Shown here piece after piece: positions 41,671 through 51,824 of a stretch of 64,000 nucleotides of DNA (the first letter of the stretch is position 1; the number at the start of each line of letters is the position of its first letter). The notes beneath the pieces were generated by a model that was not told the origin of the DNA, searched no databases, and worked only from the letters and a program-made list of their open reading frames with translations. Source of the DNA: an uncultured Gemmatimonadaceae bacterium (GTDB lineage: Bacteria > Gemmatimonadota > Gemmatimonadetes > Gemmatimonadales > Gemmatimonadaceae); assembly GCA_963716745.1 (NCBI GenBank), contig OY970320.1, forward strand, positions 1,120,001-1,184,000. Direction: 5' to 3'. The translations under genes were made by a program, and so were the position numbers.

Positions 41671-42554
41671 CCGCTGTCGTCAACGTCCCGCCCTCGCTTG
41701 ATGACAAGACGTTCGAGCAAGTGCTCGAGCAGATCGCGCCGCTCGCGCCCGACGAGAAGTTCGTGCTAGATGCGCGCCACACCCGCTGGGCCAGTCCGTA
41801 CGGACTCACCGCGTTGCTGACGCTCGCGCAATCGCGCGCCGCGCGCTCCGAGTTCATCCCGCCCGAAGCGGAAGAGACCGCGGGCTACTGGGCGCGCACT
41901 GGATTCTTTCAGCACGCTTCCGAGCTCTACGACTTCGTGGGCAAAGTGCCGCGCGCGCGCGGCGGCGAGAGCAGCGTGCTGCTCGAGATCACGCCGATCG
42001 CGAAGAGCGACGACGTGCACGAGGTGGTGGGCCGCATCCAGCAGAAAGCCACGCAGATCCTCGTGAAGGAACTCAACGTCGATCCCAAGGCGACGATGGG
42101 ATTCGCGATGACGCTGAGCGAAGCGTGCCAGAACATCGTGGAGCACGCGGGGCGCGGCGGCTGGGTGGCGGTGCAGACCTACACGTGGAAGAAGCGGCTG
42201 CAGGGACGCCGCGTCGTGGTGATCGCGGTGTGCGATGCCGGCGTCGGATTCCGGCAGTCGCTCGAGAGCGCGCACGGCCGGCGCCTTGACGAACGGTGGG
42301 GCGATGGCCGCGCGCTCGAGGAAGCGGTGCTCCGCGGCGTTTCCCGGTTCCAGGATCCGGGCCGCGGTCAAGGCCTCGCGGGCGTGCGACGTTACATTGG
42401 AAGGTGGCAGGGGAAGTTGTCCGTTCGTTCCGGAACCGCTAGAATCGCTATCGTGCCTTCCTGGGATGAGGACGTGCCGCTCGAAGAGAAGCTCCCGAAT
42501 TTCCCGGGCGCCCAGATCCAGATCACCATCCCCGAGCACGTGGCGGATCGATGA
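41667..42554 (+). CDS. STAS-like + HATPase_c ATP-binding protein
   Basis: SEACQNIVEHA (N box), CDAGVGF (G1), GRGQGL (G2). Confidence 0.8.
   Translation: MTAVVNVPPSLDDKTFEQVLEQIAPLAPDEKFVLDARHTRWASPYGLTALLTLAQSRAARSEFIPPEAEETAGYWARTGFFQHASELYDFVGKVPRARGGESSVLLEITPIAKSDDVHEVVGRIQQKATQILVKELNVDPKATMGFAMTLSEACQNIVEHAGRGGWVAVQTYTWKKRLQGRRVVVIAVCDAGVGFRQSLESAHGRRLDERWGDGRALEEAVLRGVSRFQDPGRGQGLAGVRRYIGRWQGKLSVRSGTARIAIVPSWDEDVPLEEKLPNFPGAQIQITIPEHVADR
42417..42445 (+). promoter_or_regulatory. Putative internal sigma70 promoter
   Basis: TTGTCC-17 bp-TAGAAT in a locally AT-enriched patch ~105 nt upstream of 42551. Confidence 0.5.
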
Positions 42555-43117
42555 TCAATCACATCGACCTCACCGGCGTGCTGCGCCGCACCGTGTGCGA
42601 CCTCTACTCCGATCTCGTCACGCGCCCCACCGGCGCCGCGGTGCGCGATGGCATCGAGAAGCAGCTCGCGGAACTCGGCGACCGCTCGCTCACCGTGATC
42701 GACTTCTCGCACGTGGGCGTGATCGACTACTCCTGCGCCGACGAGATCGTCGCGAAGCTCCTCATGCGCTACGCCGGCCTCGATGATGCCGCACCGCCGC
42801 CCCGCGATGCGTACTTCGTGTTCCGCGGCGTGCGCGACGAGCACTACGATGCGATCGAAGCGGTGCTCGAGCGCCACGGCCTCGCGATCGTCGCGGAAGT
42901 CGATGGCGGCGACGTGATCCTCATCGGCATCGTCGCCGAAGAAGAGCGCATGGCGTGGGACACGCTCTGCCGCCGCGGCCGGCTCACCGCGCACGAGCTC
43001 GCCTGCGAAGTGGGACTCGCCGGCTTCGACGCCGAGCGCGTGCTCGACCGCCTCTTCCGCCGCCGCCTCGCCATGCGTCTCGAACAGAGTTATGTCGCCG
43101 TGGGAGCGGCGCAGTGA
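42551..43117 (+). CDS. STAS-like (DUF4325-like) plus C-terminal wHTH protein
   Basis: LVTRPTG..VR, IDFSHVGVIDYSCADEIVAKL; C-terminal LTAHELA...LDRL. Confidence 0.65.
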   Translation: MINHIDLTGVLRRTVCDLYSDLVTRPTGAAVRDGIEKQLAELGDRSLTVIDFSHVGVIDYSCADEIVAKLLMRYAGLDDAAPPPRDAYFVFRGVRDEHYDAIEAVLERHGLAIVAEVDGGDVILIGIVAEEERMAWDTLCRRGRLTAHELACEVGLAGFDAERVLDRLFRRRLAMRLEQSYVAVGAAQ

Positions 43118-43419
43118 ACGAGACGTTCAATCCGCCGCTCCGGGTCATTGATTTCATCGCCACCCGACCCACGGACCTCGAGCGCGGTACGAAGGTATGG
43201 ATGTGCGCGGAGGACGCGCGGCTCCGAATCCTCACGGAGGGGGAACTCGTCTGGGTGTATGGACCTCGTCGTCACGAACTCGCCACGCTGGCGATCGACG
43301 ACGCGATCCCGCGGGGTCACGTGGTGCTGCGTGACATCGCCGGCACACTGCCGTCCGAAGTAGTGACGATCGTGAAACCGAACACCGACGCCCGCACCGG
43401 GCGCGGTCGCAACGTCTGA
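43114..43419 (+). CDS. Small double-psi-barrel (molybdopterin dinucleotide-binding-like) protein
   Basis: VWM..EDA.LR.L.EGELVWVYGPR...IPRGHVVL; GTG start overlaps the upstream stop. Confidence 0.65.
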   Translation: MNETFNPPLRVIDFIATRPTDLERGTKVWMCAEDARLRILTEGELVWVYGPRRHELATLAIDDAIPRGHVVLRDIAGTLPSEVVTIVKPNTDARTGRGRNV

Positions 43420-43431
43420 GCCGCGAGCCTC

Positions 43432-44591
43432 ATGCCCACCTCTGAATCCCGACCCGGCCTCTCGACGCTCGCCTTGCACGGCGCGCGCGAGTCGCGCGAC
43501 GCCGACACGCCGATCGTCTCGCCGCTCTATCAGTCGGTCAACTTCATCCAGGAAGTCGGCACCGGCGACGGGCTGCGCTATCCGCGCTACGGCAACAATC
43601 CGACGGCCGAACTCGTGCAGCGCCGCCTCGCGCTGCTCGAAGGCGCGGAGGCCGGCCTCGTACTCGGCAGCGGCCAGGGCGCCACCGCGTGCGCGCTGCT
43701 CGCCCTGCTCCGCCCCGGCGATCACCTGCTGGCGAGCAAGTGGATCTACGGCGGCACGCACAAGCTGCTCACGCGCGAGTTCGAGGCGATGGGCATCAGC
43801 GTCACACTCGTCGATCCGCTCGAGTCGCGCGGCTGGCGCAAGAAGCTCCGCAAGCACACGCGCGCGGTGTTCGTCGAGACGCCGGTGAACCCGAGCTGCC
43901 GCGTGCTCGACCTGCGGCCGATCAGCTACCTCACGCAGGAGACTGGCCTCACGCTCGTCGTGGACTCCACCTTCGCGTCGCCGATCAACATCCGTCCGCT
44001 CGAGCACGGCGCCGACGTCGTCATCCACTCGGCCACGAAGTATCTCAACGGCCATCACGACATCCTCGGCGGCGCGGTGATGGGCACCAGCGACTACATT
44101 GAGGAAGTGCGGCAGAAGATGATCCTCTGGGGCCAGGCGCCCGACCCGTTCGCGTGCTGGCTGCTCGAGCGCGGACTCAAGACGCTCGAGGTGCGCGTGC
44201 AGCGGCAGAACGAGAACGCGATGAAGGTCGCGCAGTGGTGCGCCGGCCAGAAGGCGTTCACGGCGGTGCATTACCCCGGGCTCGAATCGCATCCCGATCA
44301 TGCGATCGCGCGCGAGCAGATGCGATGGCTTCGGCGGCATGCTCGCCGTGGAAGTGAAAGGCGGCGGGGCGGCGGCGGAGCACATTCCTGCGCCGCCTGC
44401 AGATCTTCGCGCACGCGACGAGCCTGGGCGGCGTGGACTCGCTCGTGTGCGAGCCGCGCTTCACGTCGCACGCGCACATGACGCCCGCCGAGCGCGCGGC
44501 CATCGGCATCCCCGACGGCTTCGTGCGCATCTCCGTGGGCATCGAGAACGCCGCCGATCTCATCGCCGATCTCAAGCAGGCGATCCGCTGA
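43432..44591 (+). CDS. Cys/Met metabolism PLP enzyme (cystathionine gamma-synthase/lyase family), frameshifted
   Basis: YPRYGNNPT, ETPVNP, VDSTFASP, HSATKYLNGH; SLGGVDSL and RISVGIE in an alternate frame. Confidence 0.9.
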
Positions 44592-45294
44592 TGATCCGCT
44601 TCACGCGCGTCACGAAGGAGTATCCGCGCACCGGCGTCGCGCTCAACGACGTCACCTTCCGCGTGAACAAGGGCGAGTTCGCGTTCCTCACCGGGCCGAG
44701 CGGCGCCGGGAAGTCCACGATCCTGCGGCTCATCCTCATGGAGGAGCATCCCACCTCGGGCGAAGTGCGCGTGAGCGGCACCGCGGCGAGCGAGATCCGC
44801 CAGCGCGACGTGCCGCTGCTCCGCCGCAAGCTCGGCGTGGTGTTCCAGGATTTCCGGCTGCTCGAGGACCGCACCGCCGAAGAGAACGTCGCCTTCGCGC
44901 TCGAGGTCACGGGTGCCTCGCGCGACGGGCTCGCCGCGCGCGTGAGCCGCCTGCTCACGCAGGTGGGGCTCGCGAGCAAGGGCACGAGCTATCCGCAAGC
45001 GAACTCTCCGGCGGCGAACAGCAGCGCGTCGCGATCGCGCGCGCGCTCGTGCACGATCCGATGCTGCTCATCGCCGACGAGCCCACCGGCAACCTGGACG
45101 AGCGCGCGACGCGCGGCGTCTTCCAATTGCTGCGCGACATCAACGCGGCCGGCACGGCGATCATCATGGCCACGCACAATCTCGACCTCGTGCGCCGCTC
45201 GAACTACCGCGTGATCGAACTGAATCGCGGACAGCTCGTGTACGATTCGGCGGCGCAGCCCGTGCCCGCGGCACCGATGGACGGAGACGCCTAA
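44591..45294 (+). CDS. ftsE: Cell division ATP-binding protein, frameshift near ~44998
   Basis: GPSGAGKST, LRRKLGVVFQDFRLL, ADEPTGNLD. Confidence 0.92.
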
Positions 45295-46144
45295 TGCGCC
45301 TCACGCTCCGCGAAGTCGCGCTCGGTCTCCGGCGCTCGCCGCTGCTCAGCACCCTGAGCATCGTCACGATCGCGTTCAGCATGTTCGCCGTGGGGCTGTT
45401 CGGCCTCGTGGCGCTCAACGTGAGCCGCGCGCTGCGCGGCCTCGAAGAGCATGTCGAGATCCGCGCCTTCATCGCCGAGGGCACCTCGCTCGAGGCGATC
45501 ACCACCGCGCTCGGCGACCTCAATGCGTTCCCCGAAGTGCAGCACGTGGAATACGTGACGCCCGAGATGGCGCTCGCCCGCGCGCGGAAGGAGCTCAGCG
45601 AGTTCAGCGACGTGTTCGACGCGAATGTGCTGCCGGGCTCGCTCGACATCCGCCTCAAGGAAGGCTATCGCGATCCCACCAACGTGGCCGCCGTCGCGTC
45701 GCGCGTGCTCAACTATCCGTTCGTGGATGACGTGCGCTACGGCGAGGAATGGGTGAAGAAGCTCTATCGACATCCGCCGCCTCGCCGTGGCGGCGGGCAT
45801 CGTGCTCGGGCATCGCCTTCGCCGCCGTGGCCGTGATCATCATCGGCACCACGATCCGCATGGCCGTGCTGGCGCGCGCGCGCGAGATCTCGATCATGCG
45901 CCTCGTGGGCGCGACGAACGGTTTCGTGCGGCGCCCATTCCTCATCGACGGCTTCCTGAAGGGCGTCGCCGGCGGCGCGCTCGCGCTCGTGCTCACCTGG
46001 GCCGCGAGCCAGCTCATCAGCGACCGGTTCATCACGACCGTATTCTTCGACCGCGACATCGCGCTGCTCGGCATCCTTGGCGGAGGACTCATCGGCCTGC
46101 TCGGCAGCGCCATGTCCGTCGGGCGCCACCTGCGCGACGTGTGA
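45294..46144 (+). CDS. ftsX: Cell division permease, frameshifted
   Basis: N-terminal TM, periplasmic domain, TIRMAVLARAREISIMRLVGATNGFVRRPF. Confidence 0.9.
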
Positions 46145-47346
46145 GCGCGAGACACGCACTTGCCGCGGCGCTCGCGGCGCTCGCGCTCCTCGCGGGCGCG
46201 CCGCGCGCAATGGCGCAGCAGCCCACCCTGCAGCAGGCGGAGCAGCGGCTGCGCGATGAGCGCGCCCGCCTCGACCAGCTGCGCAACGAGCGCCAGGAAC
46301 TCGAGCGCCGCCGCACGGCGCTCCAGGGCACCGTGCACGATCTCTCGGAAGAGCTCGAGAACGTGAACCGGCAGGTGGAGATGACCGCGCGCGTCGTGCA
46401 GACGCTCGACAGCCAGCTCGCGGCCATCAACGCCGATGTCACCGTCACCACCGCCGACCTCGTGCGCGCGCAGGACGAGCTCGAGGTGAAGAAGGTGGTG
46501 CTCCAGCACCGGCTCGTGGACATCTACAAGCGCGGCGGACTCTACTCGAGCGAAGTGTTGCTGAGCGCGAACAGCTTCGCGGACCTCGTGGCGCGCTACA
46601 AGTATCTGCATCTCGCGGCGCTGCGCGACCAGGCGCTCGTGAAGCGCGTGGACGACCTGCGCAAGCAGATCGACCACCAGCGCGAGAACCTCGTGCACTT
46701 CCAGGACGAGATCGAGATCAATCTCGCCGAGAAGGGCGAAGAGGAGCGCCGCCTGCGCAGCCTGCAGGAGGAGCAGGCGAACAGCCTCGCCAGTGCGAAG
46801 CAGAAGACGCGCGAGACCGAGAAGCGACTCGCGTCGCTCTCCGAGGATGAGCAGAAGCTCACCGACATGATCGGTACGCTCGAGACCGCGCGGGCGAAGG
46901 CCGAGCGCGACTCGCGCGCGCCGAAGGCGGCGCCGACGCTCAAGAAGGGCGGCACCGGTACATTCGATTGGCCGGTGAAGGGGAATCTGCTCTACAGCTT
47001 CGGACGCGTCGTGAATCCCAACAACACCACGGTGCGATGGAACGGCATCGGCATCGCGGCGCCGGAAGGCACCGAGGTGCGCGCGGTCGCATCGGGCAAG
47101 GTGGTCGTCGCCGAAGCGCTCAGTACGTACGGCCTCACGGTGATCGTGCAGCACGCCGGCGGCGATTACTCCGTGTACGGTTCGCTCAGCCGCCTGAACG
47201 TGAAGAAGGGCGACATCGTGAATCGCGCACAGGTGATCGGCTACGCAGGCGTTTCGGATCCCGAACTCCCCGCGCATCTGCACTTCGAGTTGCGCCCCGC
47301 GGGGCACGCGGTGGATCCGCTGGATTACCTCAAGCCGCTCCCGTGA
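46141..47346 (+). CDS. envC: Murein hydrolase activator EnvC (coiled coil + M23 domain)
   Basis: Signal peptide, long coiled coil, WPVKG, GIGIAAPEGT.V.A, LHFELR; follows ftsEX. Confidence 0.85.
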   Translation: MSARHALAAALAALALLAGAPRAMAQQPTLQQAEQRLRDERARLDQLRNERQELERRRTALQGTVHDLSEELENVNRQVEMTARVVQTLDSQLAAINADVTVTTADLVRAQDELEVKKVVLQHRLVDIYKRGGLYSSEVLLSANSFADLVARYKYLHLAALRDQALVKRVDDLRKQIDHQRENLVHFQDEIEINLAEKGEEERRLRSLQEEQANSLASAKQKTRETEKRLASLSEDEQKLTDMIGTLETARAKAERDSRAPKAAPTLKKGGTGTFDWPVKGNLLYSFGRVVNPNNTTVRWNGIGIAAPEGTEVRAVASGKVVVAEALSTYGLTVIVQHAGGDYSVYGSLSRLNVKKGDIVNRAQVIGYAGVSDPELPAHLHFELRPAGHAVDPLDYLKPLP

Positions 47347-48226
47347 GCGAAGCGCCGCTCGGCGCGCATTGCAGCACCGCGGGCGGCGGCACGACCACCG
47401 CGCCGCCCCGCGCCAAACTCATCAAGGCCACCGCGCTGCAGCTGTTCACGAAGGCCGCGAGTCGCTGGCAGGAGCGCGAGTGCGACGCCGCCGAGATCAC
47501 GGAGTTCAAAGCGCAGCTCGCGCTCACCGATGTGCGCGTCACCATGGCGCACGATTCGTATCTCATCAATCTCGCGAGCCCCGACAAGACGCTTCGGCGC
47601 CGAGCACCGAGAGCTTCGTTGCGGAATTGCGGCGGTGCGAACAACTCGGCCTCACCTATCTCGTGAGTCACCCGGGCAATTTCATGGACGATCGCGCGAG
47701 CGGGCTCGCGCGCAACGCCGACGCGATCGCGGAGGCGCTCGAACGCGCGCCGGGCCGCACGGTGCTCTGCCTGGAGACGACCGCCGGCAGCGGCACCGCG
47801 CTCGGCGCCACCTTCGAGGAGCTGGCCGCGATCATCGCGCGGCTCCCCAAGGCTCAGCAGAAACGCGTTGGTGTGTGCGTCGACAGCTGTCACGTCTACT
47901 CGGCGGGCTACGATCTCGTGAAGGATTACGACGGCGTGTGGGCGCGCTTCGACGACGTGCTCGGACTTTCGCGCCTGCGCACCATGCACCTGAACGACTC
48001 CAAGACCCCGTTCGCCAGCCGCCGCGACCGTCACGAGCTGATCGGCGAGGGGTCGCTGGGGAAGAGGCCATTCCAACGGATCATGACTGATCCGCGTTTA
48101 GCGGGTGTCGCGAAGGTGATCGAGACGCCGAAGGGCGATGATCACGCGAAAGCCGACGGGAAGATGCTGAGGAGGCTTCGGGGGTATGCGCGCGGGCGCA
48201 GCTTCGAGTCGGTAGAGCAGACCTAG
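47343..48226 (+). CDS. nfo: Endonuclease IV, frameshifted
   Basis: LGAHCS.AGG, HDSYLINLASP, HPG, LETTAG.G, DSCH, HLNDSK, DRH, ETPK. Confidence 0.92.
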
Positions 48227-48302
48227 ACGCTAGACCTAGACGTTAGACTACTCCCGCAGCCGCAGTTTTATGCTAACGTCTAGGTCTAGCGTCTAGGTCT
48301 GC
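48217..48302. repeat. Perfect 30-bp inverted repeat with TAGAC-periodic arms
   Basis: GCAGACCTAGACGCTAGACCTAGACGTTAG (48217-48246) and its exact reverse complement (48273-48302). Confidence 0.9.
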
Positions 48303-48306
48303 AGTT

Positions 48307-48334
48307 TTGACACGGGCTCTCCCAGCGCTACCTT
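48307..48334 (+). promoter_or_regulatory. sigma70 promoter, probably giving a leaderless transcript
   Basis: TTGACA-16 bp-TACCTT; ATG at 48341 begins 7 nt after the -10 box; no SD. Confidence 0.7.
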
Positions 48335-48340
48335 GAAAAC

Positions 48341-48694
48341 ATGCCTCGCGTGAGACCCCGACGCCTAAGAGTACTCTCAGCCGTACTGATCGCCGCGACC
48401 CAGTTCGCGGTCGTCGGGTTCGGGCCGCTCGTCGATGGCATCCAGGGTGCGAGTGCGCCGGCGCACGTCGAAGAGTTCGGCATCCATCTCCACTATTCGC
48501 ACGATCCCGACAATTGCGCCGCGTGTGCCGCGTCGCACATGGTCGGCGACTCGCCCCGCGTGCCGACGCCCGCGCTCCTGCTGGCGCCGCAGCGCGATGG
48601 GATCGCGATCGCGCTCGTCGTTCCCGCCGTACATCGCGCCGGCACTCCCAAGTCTCCGCGCGCGCCTCCCCGCTCCGCCGCCGCCGCTCGCTGA
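48341..48694 (+). CDS. CruR/DUF2946-like leader protein 1 (CxxC + RAPP arrest motif)
   Basis: Basic N-terminus, hydrophobic helix, HLHYSHDPDNCAAC, C-terminal PRAPP; upstream of a TonB-dependent receptor. Confidence 0.75.
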   Translation: MPRVRPRRLRVLSAVLIAATQFAVVGFGPLVDGIQGASAPAHVEEFGIHLHYSHDPDNCAACAASHMVGDSPRVPTPALLLAPQRDGIAIALVVPAVHRAGTPKSPRAPPRSAAAAR

Positions 48695-48839
48695 ATCCAG
48701 CTGAGCGCCACTGACAATTGATCGCGCGCTCGCTGTGGCCCTTTTGGGGCTCCGCTCGGCGCATCCCAATCTCGGTCTTTCGGCGGAGCCGCATTCGCGT
48801 GCGCCTCCGGGGGACTCGCACATATGCCCGGAGCGATCC

Positions 48840-51202
48840 ATGTCCAGCAGAACACTCGAACGCGTCCGTCAGCTCGCCGGCCTCGCCGCGTGCCTGGCGT
48901 TCGCACTCTTCGTCCCCTCGACCGCGCATGCCGCCGTCGATCCCGATAACTCCGATGTGAGCGGCACCGTCACCGATTCCGCCACCGGCCAATCGCTGCA
49001 AGGCGCGCAGATCAGCATCCTCGACGGCCAGCAGCAGGTCGTGTCCCGCGTGCTCGCCGACGCATTCGGACGGTTCGTGATCCACAACGTGAAGCCCGGG
49101 CAGTATCTCCGTCCTGGTGCGCTTGATCGGCTTTCGCCCGGAGGACCGCCCGATCGAGTTGAAGGACGGAAGGAACGTCTCGCTCTCGTTTAAGCTGGCC
49201 GCAGTCGCCGTCACGTTGCAGTCGATCTCCGTGGCGACTGCCGTGCCGATCACCATCGACACGCGCAGCGGCGTGCAGGTCTTCCAGCAGGATGAGTACC
49301 ACGGCTCGCCCACGAACACGACGTCGCAGATCCTGCAGCAAGCGATCACCGGCGCGGCACGCGCGCCCACGGGAGAGGTGCATATCCGCGGGCAACACGC
49401 GGAATACACCTACTACCTCGACGGCATTCCCGTGTACCCCGGGATCTCCGGCAGCCTCAATGAACTGTTCGATCCGTCCATCGTCGATCGCATCTCGTTC
49501 ATCACCGGCGGCTGGGACGCAGAATACGGCAATCGCAACACCGCGATCGTGAACGTCGCCACGCGCGTTCCTGTCGGCGCATTCCACATGGGCGCGTCCG
49601 CCTATGGCGGGATCGTACAACAGCAATGGTCAGACGTTCGACCTGAGCAGCAGCAATGGCACATGGGGATTCTTCGGCGCCGCGACGCGGCAGGTCACGG
49701 ACATGCGGCAGTATCCCGTGGCGTTCGACACGAGCCAGCTTCAAACCATTCAACTACAGCAATCACGGCGAAGATCTCTTCGGCTTCGGCAAGATCGAAT
49801 ACTCGCCCGGCGACGCGGGATCAGCTGTACCTCGAGGGGAACGCGTCCACCACCACCTTTCAGATCCCGTTCGACTCATCCACCGGCATCATCGACGACC
49901 ATCAGAACGACAAGAACAGTTTCCTGAACTTCGGGTGGCACCACCTCACCGGCTCGCCGCAAGCGGGACCGGATCGAACCCGGCGGCGAAATGTTCACCG
50001 GACTCTTCTACCGGAAGGGGTCGCTCCTCTACACACCGGGCGAGAACGACGATCCTTCATTCATGTTCTTCCCCGATACGACGCCGTACAACCTTCACGA
50101 GGATCGCAATTTCCAGAGCTACGGCCTCACGGCGAGCTATGCCTGGCGCACCGGTCACATGTTCTCGTTCAAGGTCGGTGCGCTCGTCTCGCAGACGACC
50201 GGCCACGAATCGTTCACCTCGGTGGATTCTCTCGGGAACGCCGGGCCGGCGTCGAATGCCGATCTCAACGGCAGCGATGTGGATGGCTACGCGCAGACGG
50301 TGATCGCGCCGTCGGAGTGGCTCGATTTTCACCTCGGCGTTGCGATACGACAACCACGCGGCGCCATTCGCCGGCCACCAATCCCAGTGGAGCCCGCGCG
50401 TGCGCGTCAATTTCTATCCCAGCGCGGGCAGCACGATCTATCTCTACTACGGCCGGCTCTTCATGCCGACCAACGTGGAGGACCTGCGAACCATCACGAG
50501 CGTCGCCGACTCGGGCGTCGTCACCGCGCCAACGCTGCCCGAGCGCAATGATTTCTACGAGATCGGCTACGTGCAACGCGTCGCGATTCGGCGTGCTCAA
50601 GTTCTCCGGCTACCACAAGCAGAGCACTCCCGGGATCGACGACCAGACCGTGCCCGGCTCCGCGATCGTCACATCGGTGAATCTCGCGTCGGTGCACATC
50701 ACGGGCCTCGAAGCTACGTTCGAGGTCCGGCCCGCCGGACCGTGGTCAGGGCTACGTGAACTTCTCGATCAATCATGCATACGGTCGCGGCCCGATCACC
50801 GGGGGCTTCTTCCCGGTGGACTCCACCGGCGTGCCGGGCAACTGGTTCGATCTCGACCACGACCAGCGGATCTCGTCCGTAGCTTCGGTCGTGTATTCGG
50901 GAAAGCGCTGGTTCGCCAGCGCATCGGGAACGTACGGCACCGGGCTCACGAACGGCGCCGAGATCACGCAGCCGATCGGCACCGGGTTCTTCGATTTCAA
51001 CCGCGACATCCACGTCGCGCCGAACTTCATCACGACGCTGAGCGCCGGTTATACCTGGCTCTTCGGCAAGACCGTACTGCGCCCGGTGCTCTACATCGAC
51101 AACGTCTTCAACTCGCAATATCTCCTCAAGGGGCAATTCTTCAGCGGCGCTTCGGCAGGACGGCCGCGCACCGTGCAACTGCAGGTGTCGGTGAATCTGT
51201 AA
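48840..51202 (+). CDS. TonB-dependent receptor with N-terminal carboxypeptidase-regulatory-like domain, several frameshifts
   Basis: Signal peptide, VSGTVTDSATG, plug HIRGQH...YYLDGIP...ITGGWDAEYG, C-terminal IDNVFN..Y...GRPRTVQLQVSVNL. Confidence 0.88.
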
Positions 51203-51228
51203 CGAACGGGCCGGCTGGCGCGTTTTAC

Positions 51229-51311
51229 CTACAGACTGAGACGTTAGACTTAGACGTTAGAAGGCTACGACTCCCGCATTCTAAGTCTCAGTCTAAAGTC
51301 TCAGTCTGTAG
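51229..51311. repeat. Imperfect inverted repeat with AGAC-periodic arms
   Basis: CTACAGACTGAGACGTTAGACTTAGACGTTAGAA ... TTCTAAGTCTCAGTCTAAAGTCTCAGTCTGTAG. Confidence 0.8.
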
Positions 51312-51315
51312 TGTT

Positions 51316-51344
51316 TTGCCAACCCGGAACCAGCCAGGTAGCTT
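51316..51344 (+). promoter_or_regulatory. sigma70 promoter, probably giving a leaderless transcript
   Basis: TTGCCA-17 bp-TAGCTT; ATG at 51351 begins 7 nt after the -10 box. Confidence 0.65.
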
Positions 51345-51350
51345 GATAGT

Positions 51351-51720
51351 ATGAAGCCCATGAATCCGCCGCCGCCGATCCCGACTCCGCGTCCTCGCCG
51401 CCGCCCTCGTGGCGGCGTCGCAGTTCGCGGTGTCGGCGTTCGCGCCGATGGCGGATTCCGGGGCCGGCAACAGCGCGCCGTCGCACGTCGAGGCGTTCGG
51501 CGTGAGCCTGCATTTCGCGCACAATCCCGACGATTGCGCGGCGTGCCTGGCGCAGTCGATCATCGGCATCACGTCGCACGGGTCGGCGACGATCGTCGCC
51601 CAGGACGCCGCGACATCCGAGTTCGACGCGGCCGCGCCTGCGGCCGCCACGCGCATCGCCTGGAGTCCCGGCGCTCCGCGCGCACCTCCCGCCCCGCTCC
51701 GCGCGCGCCTCAGCAGCTGA
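51351..51720 (+). CDS. CruR/DUF2946-like leader protein 2 (CxxC + RAPP), 1-nt indel near 51363
   Basis: The frame of 51409 extends upstream as RRRRSRLRVLAAALVAASQFAV, homologous to leader 1; LHFAHNPDDCAAC; PRAPP. Confidence 0.72.
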
Positions 51721-51824
51721 TCTGAGCGCGCCCGCCGGCCATCGTGCCGGCGCCAAGCCGACCGCACGCCGCACCGCCGCCGCGATAGTCGCGGCCGCAC
51801 GGCGCGCGCCGACATCACGGAGAC

